Shown: positions 39,219 through 49,623, counted from the stretch's first letter. The stretch: 64,000 bases of DNA from Ignavibacteriota bacterium (GCA_963801355.1 CAWDEM010000008.1:1024001-1088000), one strand, 5' to 3'. Translations and numbers: made by a program. The notes: generated by a model not told the origin, from the letters alone.

Positions 39219-39543
39219 GATATACCTCCGCTATTGAATGTGTTATGGATACGGTGCCCCAGCAGGATCTTAATTGCCCCCCGCGGGGCGTCTTGAAATC
39301 AGTTGTGCTCAACGTGACGCTTGAGTGTCGAGCACCTGTGTGTGCATCCAATATCCGAAATGACCCGGTGCTCCGTGTCATCGAAATGTCAAAGTTCGGT
39401 TCAGAATTTGTAACCGATAGATTCTGCCACAGCGATGGTCAGCCAGCGGGTCGTCTTGGTGAGCTCTACGACGAAGAAATCAGAACAGGGTCCCCTGCGG
39501 TGGCCCGATGGCCGATAAAGCCATCGAACTCTCCGGTGTCGCA

Positions 39544-39572
39544 AATATAACGTGCAACCCCGAGAGAGTCAA
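39544..39572 (-). promoter_or_regulatory. Sigma70-like promoter about 320 nt upstream of the PLC-like gene
   Basis: TTGACT-N17-TATATT. Confidence 0.5.
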
Positions 39573-39776
39573 ATTGCTTTTTCGGAAAATCATCCACCGA
39601 AGGCTTAGGCCCTGGTAGATTCCGAGCTGCATGTTACCTATGTGTCTATCGCGAACAGGAGAAGCCGCAAGCTCGAAGGTATTCGACTGTTTCCCTTTAG
39701 TCTAGTCGGGAAACGCGGAAGGAACCTACAATAAACAATCGCGTGAATCATCTCTTTATAAGATCCGGGAAGCGGG

Positions 39777-40226
39777 CTACCAGATGGGTTTCCGGTACTC
39801 CCAGGGAGGAATGGGGTCATCCATCGACCAGAGGCCCCTTTTTGCTTTCCGGGCGGCTTCTTCGAGGCTCTTGAGTTTCTTGTCCCGCGGGGCGTACTTC
39901 TGAAACCACCAGGCTAGGCCTTCTTCCACGAGCAATTGGTTGAGGTTCCGTCCGTCAGCAAGGAATACTATACCCAGTGTCCGTCCGTACACATCCTTGC
40001 CCTTGGGTTGCACCTTCACATCTGTGCGGTAGCACAGAACTGAAACGCGCTTTCTCGCCGTCCTGTAGTAGTCCTGCCCACGCTCCGGAGAGTCAATGCC
40101 GAAGAATCTCACCCGAACCGGCCGTGAATCGACCAGTATGGTAATCGTGTCTCCATCTTCGATGCTGATGACACGACCGTTGATGTCCCCGGACACGAGG
40201 AAAAGGATCAAGAGTAATGTAGTCAT
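39777..40226 (-). CDS. Thermonuclease (SNase) family protein
   Basis: DGDTI, RFFGIDSPE, DVYGRTLG, N..LVEEGLAW, RGLWS...PPWEYR. Confidence 0.92.
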   Translation of the reverse strand: MTTLLLILFLVSGDINGRVISIEDGDTITILVDSRPVRVRFFGIDSPERGQDYYRTARKRVSVLCYRTDVKVQPKGKDVYGRTLGIVFLADGRNLNQLLVEEGLAWWFQKYAPRDKKLKSLEEAARKAKRGLWSMDDPIPPWEYRKPIW

Positions 40227-40297
40227 GTCTCTTCAGGATATGGACCGCCAACAGCCCACCGGCCGCCCGGCCGTTCACGAAGGCTTATTCCTGCCGG

Positions 40298-40708
40298 CTA
40301 CAGCCACGTACGGCTTCTGTAGGCCTCATAGTCGGCGCCGAAAGCAGCAGCCAGCACGGCTTCCTCCCGCCGGACTTGCGCCACCTGCACTATGACAAGT
40401 ATCCCCCAGACCACCAGGAGAATGGGCATGCCAAGGAGTACGATTATTGCAGCGAGGAATAGATCAAGGAACAGATACATAGGATGCTGGATCTTTGCAT
40501 ATAAACCGGTCGTGACGAGGGCTTTCGCTTCAGGCGCTACTGAGAACGACTTCCCAAGGTGACTTCGGCTGATGATCATCAGGGCGAATGACGGCAGGCC
40601 AACAAGAATCCCGGCTACAAGTCGTTGATTTTCGCCCATTAAGGTGGCCGCATAGGCGAGAGCGGCAACAACTGCGGCCCCCGCGAGTCGGATTACTGTT
40701 CTGTCCAC
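40298..40708 (-). CDS. Isoprenylcysteine carboxyl/phospholipid methyltransferase family membrane protein
   Basis: LGKSFS...LVTTGLYAKIQHPMY...EE..L...FG..Y..Y; GTG start. Confidence 0.85.
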   Translation of the reverse strand: MDRTVIRLAGAAVVAALAYAATLMGENQRLVAGILVGLPSFALMIISRSHLGKSFSVAPEAKALVTTGLYAKIQHPMYLFLDLFLAAIIVLLGMPILLVVWGILVIVQVAQVRREEAVLAAAFGADYEAYRSRTWL

Positions 40709-40885
40709 GGCTCGTTCTTGCCTCCTCTGTCATTCCGCATTGGTGGCGCGTGCTCTCTGTTTATTATCACTTCGCTACTGACTTGGGAACAGAATCAAAG
40801 CGATATTCGTTCTTGTGAAGTATGAGAAGAGACGGAAAAAGGCTCTCCAACTCACCCTTATCCCCACATCTACTGGAGGTACTCC

Positions 40886-41455
40886 ATGAAACACCCGGCG
40901 TTCGTCCTGGGCGCTTCGTTGCTTGTATCCGCGGCGTTGCTGTCGAATTTATCCGGCTGTACAGCGAAGGCTCCTGCGACTTCGCAAGTCGAACGCGGAA
41001 AGTATCTTGTCATGGCCGGGGGCTGCAACGATTGTCACACACCGAAGGTCTTCACTCAGGCAGGTCCCATGTTCGACACGACCCGCCTACTCTCCGGCTA
41101 TCGCTCGGGTACTGAGCTTCCTCCTTTTCCGAAGGGTGTGATCGGGCCTGACAAGTGGGGCGCCGTCACGAATAACGAACTCACCGCATGGTATGGACCC
41201 TGGGGTGTCAGTTTCGCATACAATCTGACCCCGGACATGCAGACCGGAATCGGCGGCTGGACAGAGGATATGTTCATCCGGACCCTCCGGGATGGCAAAT
41301 TCATGGGAATGTCGCGACCCATTCTTCCGCCGATGCCATGGCAGACAATCGGACAGATGACCGACGATGATCTGAAAGCCATGTTCGCGTATTTGAAGTC
41401 TCTGCCGCCCATCACCAACAAGATACCCGATCCTATACCACCGGTGCAGGAGTAG
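40886..41455 (+). CDS. c-type cytochrome lipoprotein
   Basis: LSGC lipobox, RGKYLV..GGCNDCHTP heme motif, NLTPD..TGIG.W, PPMPW, AYLKSL. Confidence 0.88.
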   Translation: MKHPAFVLGASLLVSAALLSNLSGCTAKAPATSQVERGKYLVMAGGCNDCHTPKVFTQAGPMFDTTRLLSGYRSGTELPPFPKGVIGPDKWGAVTNNELTAWYGPWGVSFAYNLTPDMQTGIGGWTEDMFIRTLRDGKFMGMSRPILPPMPWQTIGQMTDDDLKAMFAYLKSLPPITNKIPDPIPPVQE

Positions 41456-41541
41456 CGACTCTCCACGAGGTCGTGCAGCTATCAGGGACGCCCGGACGGT
41501 CGGCGAACGTCACATGCCCCCGACCACCCGGGCCCTCTATC

Positions 41542-42408
41542 CTACTTTGGATCTGTACGAATCCTCCTGGAAATATCTCTGATCGAACCAGTGCTTTGCA
41601 GAAGCTCAGGCAGGTACTCCGTGGATGCCACAAAAGTCCAGAGGTACGCAACAATTGAGTAGATATTGCCGGTGGTGAAATCATCGAGGTCGATGGCAAT
41701 ATAAAGAACAACGAGAAAGATAGCCAGCAAACAGACCCGTATGGCGCCGAAATTGAGGGCTCCCCAGTTTGCGATCGCCTGCTCGTTGGCTGCGGCCTTT
41801 GTGTAGTGCTGACGTATCGCATCCACATTCTGCGTGGAAAAGATCTCGTAGGTTTCCTCGCGTCCATCATGCAAATCTTGTTGCCGGACAGAAACCCTCC
41901 GATTGTAGAGGAGTGACATCCCGATGAGGGGCGGGATAACGAGTGCGCATGTAAGTGCAATCCGCCAATCGAAGAAAAAGAGGGCAATGACCGCTCCACC
42001 AATAGCTATGGCCTGTTCGATGATTTCAGGTAGACGGTACTGCAGGAATGTCATATACTCACGGGAGAGTTCTGCACGTGCCGCAGTCCGTGAGACGCTC
42101 AGATTCCGTTCGATGCCGATGCGGGCCACTTCAGTGGCGATGTTGGTGAACATGCGCAGGTAGATTCGCTGATCAAGTGACCGTCGCAGCGCGCCCACGC
42201 CGGAGTTCACCAGAAAGACCCCGATCCAGATGGAAAGCGGAAGAACGAATGCTGCCGCACCTGGCGAAATTGACTTATCTATGAACGCATCGATGACGTT
42301 ACCGAACACTGTCGGCTCGATGATCCAGGCGACATTCTCAATTGCGACGAGGGCAATCGAGAGGAGGATGCCTTTCCGGTGCTTGAGAAACAGTTTTGTA
42401 AGGTCCAT
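41542..42408 (-). CDS. Stand-alone ABC transporter six-transmembrane domain protein
   Basis: P..FG..ID, RR..D.R.Y and FFFDWRIAL pattern of an ABC exporter TMD; no Walker A/B domain. Confidence 0.75.
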   Translation of the reverse strand: MDLTKLFLKHRKGILLSIALVAIENVAWIIEPTVFGNVIDAFIDKSISPGAAAFVLPLSIWIGVFLVNSGVGALRRSLDQRIYLRMFTNIATEVARIGIERNLSVSRTAARAELSREYMTFLQYRLPEIIEQAIAIGGAVIALFFFDWRIALTCALVIPPLIGMSLLYNRRVSVRQQDLHDGREETYEIFSTQNVDAIRQHYTKAAANEQAIANWGALNFGAIRVCLLAIFLVVLYIAIDLDDFTTGNIYSIVAYLWTFVASTEYLPELLQSTGSIRDISRRIRTDPK

Positions 42409-42424
42409 AGTTTGCTTCCCCTAC

Positions 42425-42633
42425 GTGCCGGGGGAACCGCCCGCCGTCAGATCATCTCACTTGAGTGCCGGGGGAACCACCCGCCGTCAGATCATCTCAC
42501 TTGGGTGCCAAGGGAACCGCCCGCCGTCAGACCATCTCAATTGAGCGCCGTGGGAACCGCCCGCGGTCAGATCATCTCACTTGGGTGCCAAGGGAACCGC
42601 CCGCCGTCAGATCATCTCACTGGTGCGAAGGGA
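42425..42633. repeat. Tandem array of five 40-bp units
   Basis: Unit GGGAACCGCCCGCCGTCAGATCATCTCACTTG(A/G)GTGCC(GG/AA), head-to-tail with no spacers. Confidence 0.95.
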
Positions 42634-42654
42634 CTCGCATGCCCGGCCCTCATG

Positions 42655-43635
42655 TCACTGCTTGAACGATGCAATCTCCTCCTCGAGCGCGGCGCGGACC
42701 GGGGTGTAGCTGATGCCCAATTCCCTCTCCGCTTTGTGTCCGTCTGCACTGAAGCCCACCTGCATAGTTCTCATTTTGTCGGTGGACAGCCCCCACAATG
42801 GTTCCCTTTTCAAAACATTTGCCACTCCCGTCAGAATCGCTGCATTCAGTATCGTCAATGAGTCGGGGAGATGCATCCGAGGCGGGGGTACACCTGAGAT
42901 CTCACGGACCATCTGGTTGACCTCCGCGAAGCTAATTCGCTCGTTGCCCGCGAGATACTTTTCACCGATGTTCCCCGGTTTCTCCGCTGCCCGGACAATG
43001 ACTTCAGCGACGTCTTTTACATGCACAAAAGTCAGATACGAGTCATTGAATACGGTGGCAGGCATACGCCGGTGGATCAAATCGTTGATATACCTGCCTG
43101 TGGCCTTGTGATCGCCGGCCCCGAGTACTGCGGCCGGATACACGACCACCACGGGCAAGCCCCTGGTCCTGTAAAGCTCCCACACGATCTGCTCTCCGTC
43201 ATATTTTGTTCTGGCATAGTCGCTGTAGCGGACCTTCCCCACCTTGCTCTCCTCCGTAAACGGACAGTCCTCCGGCTTGCCATAAGTCACTACCGTACTC
43301 ACATGAATGACTTTCACCACCTTGCTGTCCAGAGCACATTCCATCACGTTGCGCGTGCCATCGACGTTGACCACTTTGAACAGATGGGCATCCGGTGCCC
43401 AGAAATCGTACAGACCGGCCAGATGAAAGACCCAATCGCAACCTTTCATCCCTTCGAGAAGTGATGCCTTATCAGTAATATCGCCCCTGACCAGGGTAGC
43501 ACCCAGCGACTTTAGATGTTCGGTCGCGGTCGAGGTTTTTCTGACCAGGCAGCGCATCGTATGTTCGGTCTCCGACAACCGTTTCACGAGATTGGTGCCG
43601 ACAAATCCGGTCGCACCGGTGATGAATATTTTCAT
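42655..43635 (-). CDS. NAD-dependent epimerase/dehydratase (HpnA/dihydroflavonol reductase-like)
   Basis: ITGATGFVG, GDITD, VFHLAG, NVDGTRNV, YARTK. Confidence 0.9.
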   Translation of the reverse strand: MKIFITGATGFVGTNLVKRLSETEHTMRCLVRKTSTATEHLKSLGATLVRGDITDKASLLEGMKGCDWVFHLAGLYDFWAPDAHLFKVVNVDGTRNVMECALDSKVVKVIHVSTVVTYGKPEDCPFTEESKVGKVRYSDYARTKYDGEQIVWELYRTRGLPVVVVYPAAVLGAGDHKATGRYINDLIHRRMPATVFNDSYLTFVHVKDVAEVIVRAAEKPGNIGEKYLAGNERISFAEVNQMVREISGVPPPRMHLPDSLTILNAAILTGVANVLKREPLWGLSTDKMRTMQVGFSADGHKAERELGISYTPVRAALEEEIASFKQ

Positions 43636-43883
43636 GGTAGACCTCCTTCCGATTGTGCGCCGTCACGTACCCACTCGAGTTTTACCTCCGCCTCTGCTAG
43701 AGCCGGACGGTTTCAATGCCTTGATACCATGGCTGCCTATGCTGACTGACAAGTTTGCAGTAAACTCCGATTGATGAGGTCGTTGTCAGTTCGCGTTGAG
43801 GAGATCATCGCGAATTGATTTCTGCACTCGATACGAGATGTCGCCGGCGACATCTCTGGAGCAGGGGGGAGAACGGCCGGCCA

Positions 43884-44234
43884 TCAGGCGTTCTTCTTCT
43901 CGTCCCAGTGAAACAGATGCATCATCCGGTGCAGGGACGGTGCGAGGATGAGACCTACCGCCACGAGAAATACCAGTCCTGCATACAGTGCATACAGACC
44001 CGCAAAGAGTTTTCCGCCGGCCGTCTGTGGAGATTCCACGGGCCCCATTCCGCCAAGCAGCATGGCGGCGTTGAGAAAAGCATCACGCCACTCCAGACCC
44101 TCGTAATGGTGGTAGCCAACCATTCCAAGGAACAAGGAGGCAGCAATCAACGCTACGGAAATCAACGCATGCATGAAGAGGCGTCGCACAAAGTGGCGCC
44201 GTGGGATGGGCTTTTGATAACGCGATTCGTACAT
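43884..44234 (-). CDS. Small 2-TM protein with pore-loop-like segment
   Basis: TM - EGLEWRDAFLNAAMLLGGMGP - GKLFAGLYALY TM, resembling K-channel pore topology. Confidence 0.7.
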   Translation of the reverse strand: MYESRYQKPIPRRHFVRRLFMHALISVALIAASLFLGMVGYHHYEGLEWRDAFLNAAMLLGGMGPVESPQTAGGKLFAGLYALYAGLVFLVAVGLILAPSLHRMMHLFHWDEKKNA

Positions 44235-44346
44235 GTGTTAGCTTCCGGATAATGTGTCGCCAGTGAACTGCGGGGAGTCCGGCTCACCATCGGAGCCGTC
44301 TTCAGACAGCAGCAGCAAGCACGCTCACGTCCAGCGGAATCCCCTT

Positions 44347-45765
44347 TTACGATGCCAGCGCCTTGAGAAGTCTGTACATGAATTCCACGCCCTCATAGAA
44401 TTCCTTCACACCAAGGCGTTCATCTTTCCCATGGGCCCGCACATCATTCATGTCCGCAAACATCCCCGAGATACCATACACCGGGATACCCGCGCCGCGA
44501 AGCTGCCGTCCATCCGAGGCGCCGGCGGACATCGTTGGCGTGACCACAACGCCGGGCCACATCGAAGCTACGAGTCGATCAACCGTGTCCAGAATATCTT
44601 TGCGCAGAGGTGAGCGGGGGCTGAGAATCGAAGCATGGGTACGGGTGATGGTGATCTGCGTATCCGCGACAACGGATTTCAGCGTGGCCATGACGTTTTC
44701 CGGCGTATCGTCGGGAAGCATCCGGCAATTCACATTTGCACGCGCCATCTGCGGCAGTGCATTCTCAGCATGCCCGGCACTTAACATTGTCGCAACACAG
44801 GTTGTGCGCATCAGCGCGTTGTAGTTCGGTGAGGCGTTTGCCAGGCGATTGGCAGCGTCTGTGTCGACCGGCACATTCCTCATTGCCAGCATGTCGGCTT
44901 TCATCTGACCGGTTTCCCGGATCGCGGATCGTTCGAAATACAGCCGAGTGGTTTCGTTCAGGCGTATCGGAAAGTCAAGCCTGGCCAGGCGCATTAGTGC
45001 ACCGGCGAGCCGGTAGATTGCATTGTCCTTCACGGGGAGAGCACTGTGACCGCCTTTGTTTCGTGCTTCCAGCGTGTAGTCCATGTAGATTTTCTCGCTG
45101 GTCTGGATCCCCATCATGATGTGCTTCCCGTTCTTGATGTCGCCTCCCCCTCCGTCGGGGTTAATGCAGTACTCCGCATCGATGAGGTCCCGCCGGTTGG
45201 CAATCAGCCATTGAATGCCGTTTGCATCGCCGTTCTCCTCGTCTTCCGTGAGTGCAACGATGATGTCGCGGTTCGGGATGAACCCTTCCTGTTTGAGCCG
45301 GATCAGATTCGCGACGAGATCCGCATCCTCGCATTTCATGTCGGTTGTGCCACGCCCATAGAAGTAGCCGCCGGTTTCGAGGAATGTAAAGGGATCGCTC
45401 GACCAATCCTTCCGAAGGGCTTCCACCACATCGAGGTGTCCGATAAAAAGAAGCGGACGGTAGATGCCTTTGCCCCGGTAGCGCACGACCAGGTTCATAT
45501 GTTGCGGTTGAGGTCCGACGACATGCACGTCGCTCTCAGGAAAACCGGCCGATCTCAACCGTGCGGCCATTGCCTCCGCGGCCTTCGTGCTCCCGGCATT
45601 CACCGTTGTGTTGATCTCGATCAATTCGCGGAAGATGTCGCGGGCGAGCAGTTGATGGGCGGTGAGGCCCTGGGGGTCTTTCGAGGTCTGCGCAGAGAGG
45701 TTTGCGGGGCCGGCGGTGGCGGCCATGGCCGCCAGGCACGATAGAGTGAACAGAATCCTTTTCAT
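44347..45765 (-). CDS. M20/M25/M40 family metallopeptidase
   Basis: GHLDVV, YGRGTTDMK, DEE, GGHSALP, GASDG, AHGKDER; signal peptide. Confidence 0.92.
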   Translation of the reverse strand: MKRILFTLSCLAAMAATAGPANLSAQTSKDPQGLTAHQLLARDIFRELIEINTTVNAGSTKAAEAMAARLRSAGFPESDVHVVGPQPQHMNLVVRYRGKGIYRPLLFIGHLDVVEALRKDWSSDPFTFLETGGYFYGRGTTDMKCEDADLVANLIRLKQEGFIPNRDIIVALTEDEENGDANGIQWLIANRRDLIDAEYCINPDGGGGDIKNGKHIMMGIQTSEKIYMDYTLEARNKGGHSALPVKDNAIYRLAGALMRLARLDFPIRLNETTRLYFERSAIRETGQMKADMLAMRNVPVDTDAANRLANASPNYNALMRTTCVATMLSAGHAENALPQMARANVNCRMLPDDTPENVMATLKSVVADTQITITRTHASILSPRSPLRKDILDTVDRLVASMWPGVVVTPTMSAGASDGRQLRGAGIPVYGISGMFADMNDVRAHGKDERLGVKEFYEGVEFMYRLLKALAS

Positions 45766-45827
45766 TGTACTCGACCTCCAGGCGGGTCATCCCGGCCAAC
45801 TGAAGGAATCATAATCGACCGGCATTC

Positions 45828-46640
45828 TCACATAAACCACTTTTTCTGGCCGTACACCGCATCGCCAAAATCACGCATAAACTTCATGTCGTCTTCGCTG
45901 AGCGGGCCCTGTTGCACTGCGGCGACGTTTTCCCGCAGCTGGCGTTCGCTCCGTGGAGCTGTCCAAGTGGAATGCACGTGTGGATTCGAGAGGACGAACC
46001 TGTAGCATTCCCCCGCCGTCGGGATGCGGCCCTCTTTGGGCCAGCCTTTCGGACGACGCAGAAGAGCGGTCCACCGGGTAGCTGTGTAACTGATGACGCC
46101 CGGGTTATGTGCCGCGAGATGCGGGAAAATATCCCGTTCGGCTCCTCGATGTGCGGCGTTGTAGCGCAGCATCAAGGCATCCACAGCGCCCTCTTCGGCC
46201 AGCGTGCCGAGGAACGTACGGTTGTGGCAGCTGAGACCGATCGCGCGCACCTTTCCTTCTTCCTTCAGTTTCAACAGATCATGGCGCACGGCAGGCGTGA
46301 ATTCAGCCGGCTTCATCACACCAAGGAAGAGGAATACATCGATGTAGTCGGTGCCGAACTGTCTGAGGCGCTTCTCGAACGTTTTTCGAACATCCTGTGC
46401 GCGCCAGATATAGTTGTAGGCGCCGGTCACGAGAACGATCTTGTCGCGCCGCGACGACATCAGATCCCGCAGTGCACGGGTCATTTGCAGATCGAAGCCG
46501 TATGCGAAAAAGAGGTTGATGCCCTCATCGGCGGCGGCGTACACGGTTTTCTTGCCGGGCCAATAGGAGGCGGAGAGGCCGAGCGGGGTTACGTGGAGAC
46601 CGGTATTGCCCAACGGCCGGAGCTGGAATGCGGATGGCAT
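45828..46640 (-). CDS. Aldo/keto reductase-like protein
   Basis: RPLGNTGLHVTPLGL, LRQFGTDYIDVF, EGKVRAIGLSCH, RYNAAHRGAE. Confidence 0.8.
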   Translation of the reverse strand: MPSAFQLRPLGNTGLHVTPLGLSASYWPGKKTVYAAADEGINLFFAYGFDLQMTRALRDLMSSRRDKIVLVTGAYNYIWRAQDVRKTFEKRLRQFGTDYIDVFLFLGVMKPAEFTPAVRHDLLKLKEEGKVRAIGLSCHNRTFLGTLAEEGAVDALMLRYNAAHRGAERDIFPHLAAHNPGVISYTATRWTALLRRPKGWPKEGRIPTAGECYRFVLSNPHVHSTWTAPRSERQLRENVAAVQQGPLSEDDMKFMRDFGDAVYGQKKWFM

Positions 46641-46704
46641 GGTGCACTCCCTTTGCCTGGTGATCAGTGCCGCCGTAAGTTACGCGAAATCTTGTGAAAA
46701 TCCA

Positions 46705-49623
46705 TCAACGTCCCGGTCTGGACGCGTGTGCAACGCGTGCCACCGACTCAATGGCAATAGCTGCAACCGCAGATCCATAGTCCAGATCGATATTAGACAT
46801 GTTGTCTTTAGTATCGTGGTAGCCGGTCCGGCTGATGTCATAGTTTTCCATGAAGAGCACAACGGGCACGCCCACATCGGAGAAGATCTGTCCGTCGGTA
46901 TTGAAGAGCGAGCTCCGGGGGTCGCGCGGAACACGGACTTCATCGTGGAGTGAAGGGTGCCTGGCTATTTTCGGCAGTGTGGTGCCATCGGGGCTTCGCC
47001 GGCCGCGTTTGAGGCCACGGCGCTCAGGACTCCGATTCCATTCCTTCGATTTGCTGTTCCAGATCATTGTGGCGAGGTGAGCCTTATGTGCCAGCCAGTA
47101 GGAGCCACGGCTCAGGCCGGGAGAAATTTGAAACACATCGCGGTTACTGGGACGGTTGTGGGCAATCATGTCAAGTACAAAGGCGCCCTCGATCTTCACA
47201 TTGGAGAGATCCAATGACTTTTTACCGGTGATCTTGAATTTCAAGGTTCCCGTCACCAGCCTCTCTGCGAGGTTCCGCGCCCCCATGCAGTCCGAAGGGA
47301 ATTCCTCGCCCGTGAGGTGCACCAGCCAGATGTCTGACTCAAGCTGGCCGGCCTTGCTCATTTCCATGAATATCGGTGCGGCAAGCATGAGGGCTGCGGT
47401 GGCCGAATGGTTGTCATCAGCACCGGCAGCGGCGATGCGGGCCAGTTTTCCTCCACGCTCCTTGTAGTACACATCCTCCATATAGGCAGTGTCATAGTGA
47501 TCAGCCATGATGACCGCCCTGCTATGGTCTTTGCCGGGAATAACAACGAGGAGATTGCGTTCACGGGCCTTACCAGGTTGATTGGCCAGCCACCCTTTCA
47601 TCCAGGGGAAATCGAAATCGGTGCTCCATTGAAACGGGAGTTCACCCGCAAGAGCCTTGCCTTCCAGTCCATGCCGCGCAATGATCCTCCGGTAATATGC
47701 GAGGAGCCAGTCGCCAAGCGCTTCCAGATCACGCTTCCGGTGTTTTCGCATCTTCCGTGAGGGTGGGTCGTCCACGCAATCAGCGTTGTCCTTGTTGAGA
47801 AAACGTCCGGTTGCCAGCCGCTCGATGGTCTTCCAGTATTCGGTCTCGAATTTGCGGGTGGCGGTTTTCTGATACGTCAGCGGTTCGGGGAGAGGGTCCA
47901 GGGAAACATCGCTTGCAGGAAGAATGATTTTTCTTAGTGTATCGTGAACAAGGGTCCCGTATCCTCCCCGGGCATTCCACTCAGCGGACTGTTGAAGCCA
48001 CTCATCAAGGCTTTGATCCTTCGGGAGGTTCACGATACTCCTCGCAAAATCCGGGAACAGGATCTTGTGACCGAGGAAATCCCAGACTTCGATCAGCTTG
48101 TGCGCGTTGAGTGCCAGCTGGTAATCGCGATGCTCATAGACCTCGTTGTAGCCGCGTGAGGTCGCAATCATTTCGGGACGGCAGCGGAGTTCGGGCCAGA
48201 GCTCAACCGGTGGTGTTGGGCGCGCGGCGCGCGGATTGGTTCCCGTCAGATATCCGAGCGGCGGATTAGAAAGGAGTTGCGGCTTCTTCGATTTCCTATC
48301 GAGGTATGCCACCAATGGCATATGCCAGAACACTTCGTACTTTCCGACCACCATGGGTGGAAAGTAGAAGCGGTAGCCAAACGTGCCCCCGGCTGCGATT
48401 GTTTCAGCCGCCCGCATCAATTCTTTCCGCCCGGCTCGAGGGCCATCGAGGAGCAGTTCATAACGGTCCGTCCAGACATGTGCGTTGCGGGCCATCGGTT
48501 TGTTATAGAGGTCAACGTCAACCGGATCACAGCTGAACAGCACGCGGGCAACCCGGTCTTCCCGGCCGAACACAGCCAGATCGTCCATGTGCCGTTCCAC
48601 CCTTTCCCAGCGGTGTGTCCGTCTGTAGGTGTTTCCCGGTTCAACCTTTGCCGGGGGTGCGCCTTCCCGGGGCTCGTGCATCCATCCCGATTGCGGGATG
48701 CGCAGGCCTCGCGTTGCCTCATGTCGTTCGCACACCCTGAGGAGCGGGATCTGTGTTGCCAGCGGAAGATCATGCTCCAGACCGATAATTGGCGGTACCC
48801 CCCAGAATATCAAGCTCCCCGGGAACGGCAAGAGGTGAAGGCCTCCTGTCGTATATGCCTTCCGGATTGCCTCTGGCAGTGAACCGAACGGACGGAAGGT
48901 CAGGATGTACTTCACTCCGTCAAGTGTGTCACCGTCGCGCATCACGAAGGGCTTTGTCCAGGACGGCAGCGGATCCTGTCGCCAGCGTTCGTAGATAGTG
49001 TGACCCGAGCCTGGCAATATGCGGAACCCGGCGCGACGCAGGTCTGTCAGCCGCTCCGGTGACTCATCATAGACGGTTCGAAGCAGGCGGCGGATGAAAT
49101 CAACAGCGTACTCGCGGGGTCGTTCGCGGCCCGGTGCCTCATAGAAGCTTTTCCAGAAGGCGCGGTCCGGCCCCTGGTCACTCCCACCGAAGAATGTCCA
49201 ACGCACGCGGCCTTTGTCGTCCTGTGTGCGCGACAGCGCCAGGGGGAGGAATGTCACAAACCGTTCATGCCTCCGGGCGCCCGGGAGTGCAGCGAGCTCC
49301 TCCGGCCAGTACTGGTTCCCCTGCACCATGGTCTTGCTGACTCCCTCGGTGGACTGATTCCGGTCGAGGCGCTGCAGAGCAGAGAGCACCTGCTGGGCGA
49401 CAATTTCCATTCCGGGACGCAATTCCGATGTTTGCTCCCGCTCACTCACCAGCCAGGCGTAGGGGTTCCCCGGATCTCGTGGTGCAGGGTGGTCTGCGTC
49501 ATACGGCCGCCATCCGATCCTTGGTGACGGCATGAACTCGGAGTAGGCCGGAATGGAAAAGTTAAAATCTCTTCGATCCCTGGGAAGGTCAGTGAGTAGT
49601 CGTTGCCAGCCGTGCCTGGTCAT
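46705..49623 (-). CDS. Large protein: uncharacterised N-terminal region plus C-terminal M28 peptidase domain
   Basis: ADHYD, GADDNHS, TGEEF, LDMI and GYHD metal-ligand motifs in the last third; no signal peptide. Confidence 0.85.
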   Translation of the reverse strand: MTRHGWQRLLTDLPRDRRDFNFSIPAYSEFMPSPRIGWRPYDADHPAPRDPGNPYAWLVSEREQTSELRPGMEIVAQQVLSALQRLDRNQSTEGVSKTMVQGNQYWPEELAALPGARRHERFVTFLPLALSRTQDDKGRVRWTFFGGSDQGPDRAFWKSFYEAPGRERPREYAVDFIRRLLRTVYDESPERLTDLRRAGFRILPGSGHTIYERWRQDPLPSWTKPFVMRDGDTLDGVKYILTFRPFGSLPEAIRKAYTTGGLHLLPFPGSLIFWGVPPIIGLEHDLPLATQIPLLRVCERHEATRGLRIPQSGWMHEPREGAPPAKVEPGNTYRRTHRWERVERHMDDLAVFGREDRVARVLFSCDPVDVDLYNKPMARNAHVWTDRYELLLDGPRAGRKELMRAAETIAAGGTFGYRFYFPPMVVGKYEVFWHMPLVAYLDRKSKKPQLLSNPPLGYLTGTNPRAARPTPPVELWPELRCRPEMIATSRGYNEVYEHRDYQLALNAHKLIEVWDFLGHKILFPDFARSIVNLPKDQSLDEWLQQSAEWNARGGYGTLVHDTLRKIILPASDVSLDPLPEPLTYQKTATRKFETEYWKTIERLATGRFLNKDNADCVDDPPSRKMRKHRKRDLEALGDWLLAYYRRIIARHGLEGKALAGELPFQWSTDFDFPWMKGWLANQPGKARERNLLVVIPGKDHSRAVIMADHYDTAYMEDVYYKERGGKLARIAAAGADDNHSATAALMLAAPIFMEMSKAGQLESDIWLVHLTGEEFPSDCMGARNLAERLVTGTLKFKITGKKSLDLSNVKIEGAFVLDMIAHNRPSNRDVFQISPGLSRGSYWLAHKAHLATMIWNSKSKEWNRSPERRGLKRGRRSPDGTTLPKIARHPSLHDEVRVPRDPRSSLFNTDGQIFSDVGVPVVLFMENYDISRTGYHDTKDNMSNIDLDYGSAVAAIAIESVARVAHASRPGR

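Noticed and set aside
42425-42633. CRISPR array
   Set aside because: Units are contiguous with no unique spacers, and no cas genes are present.
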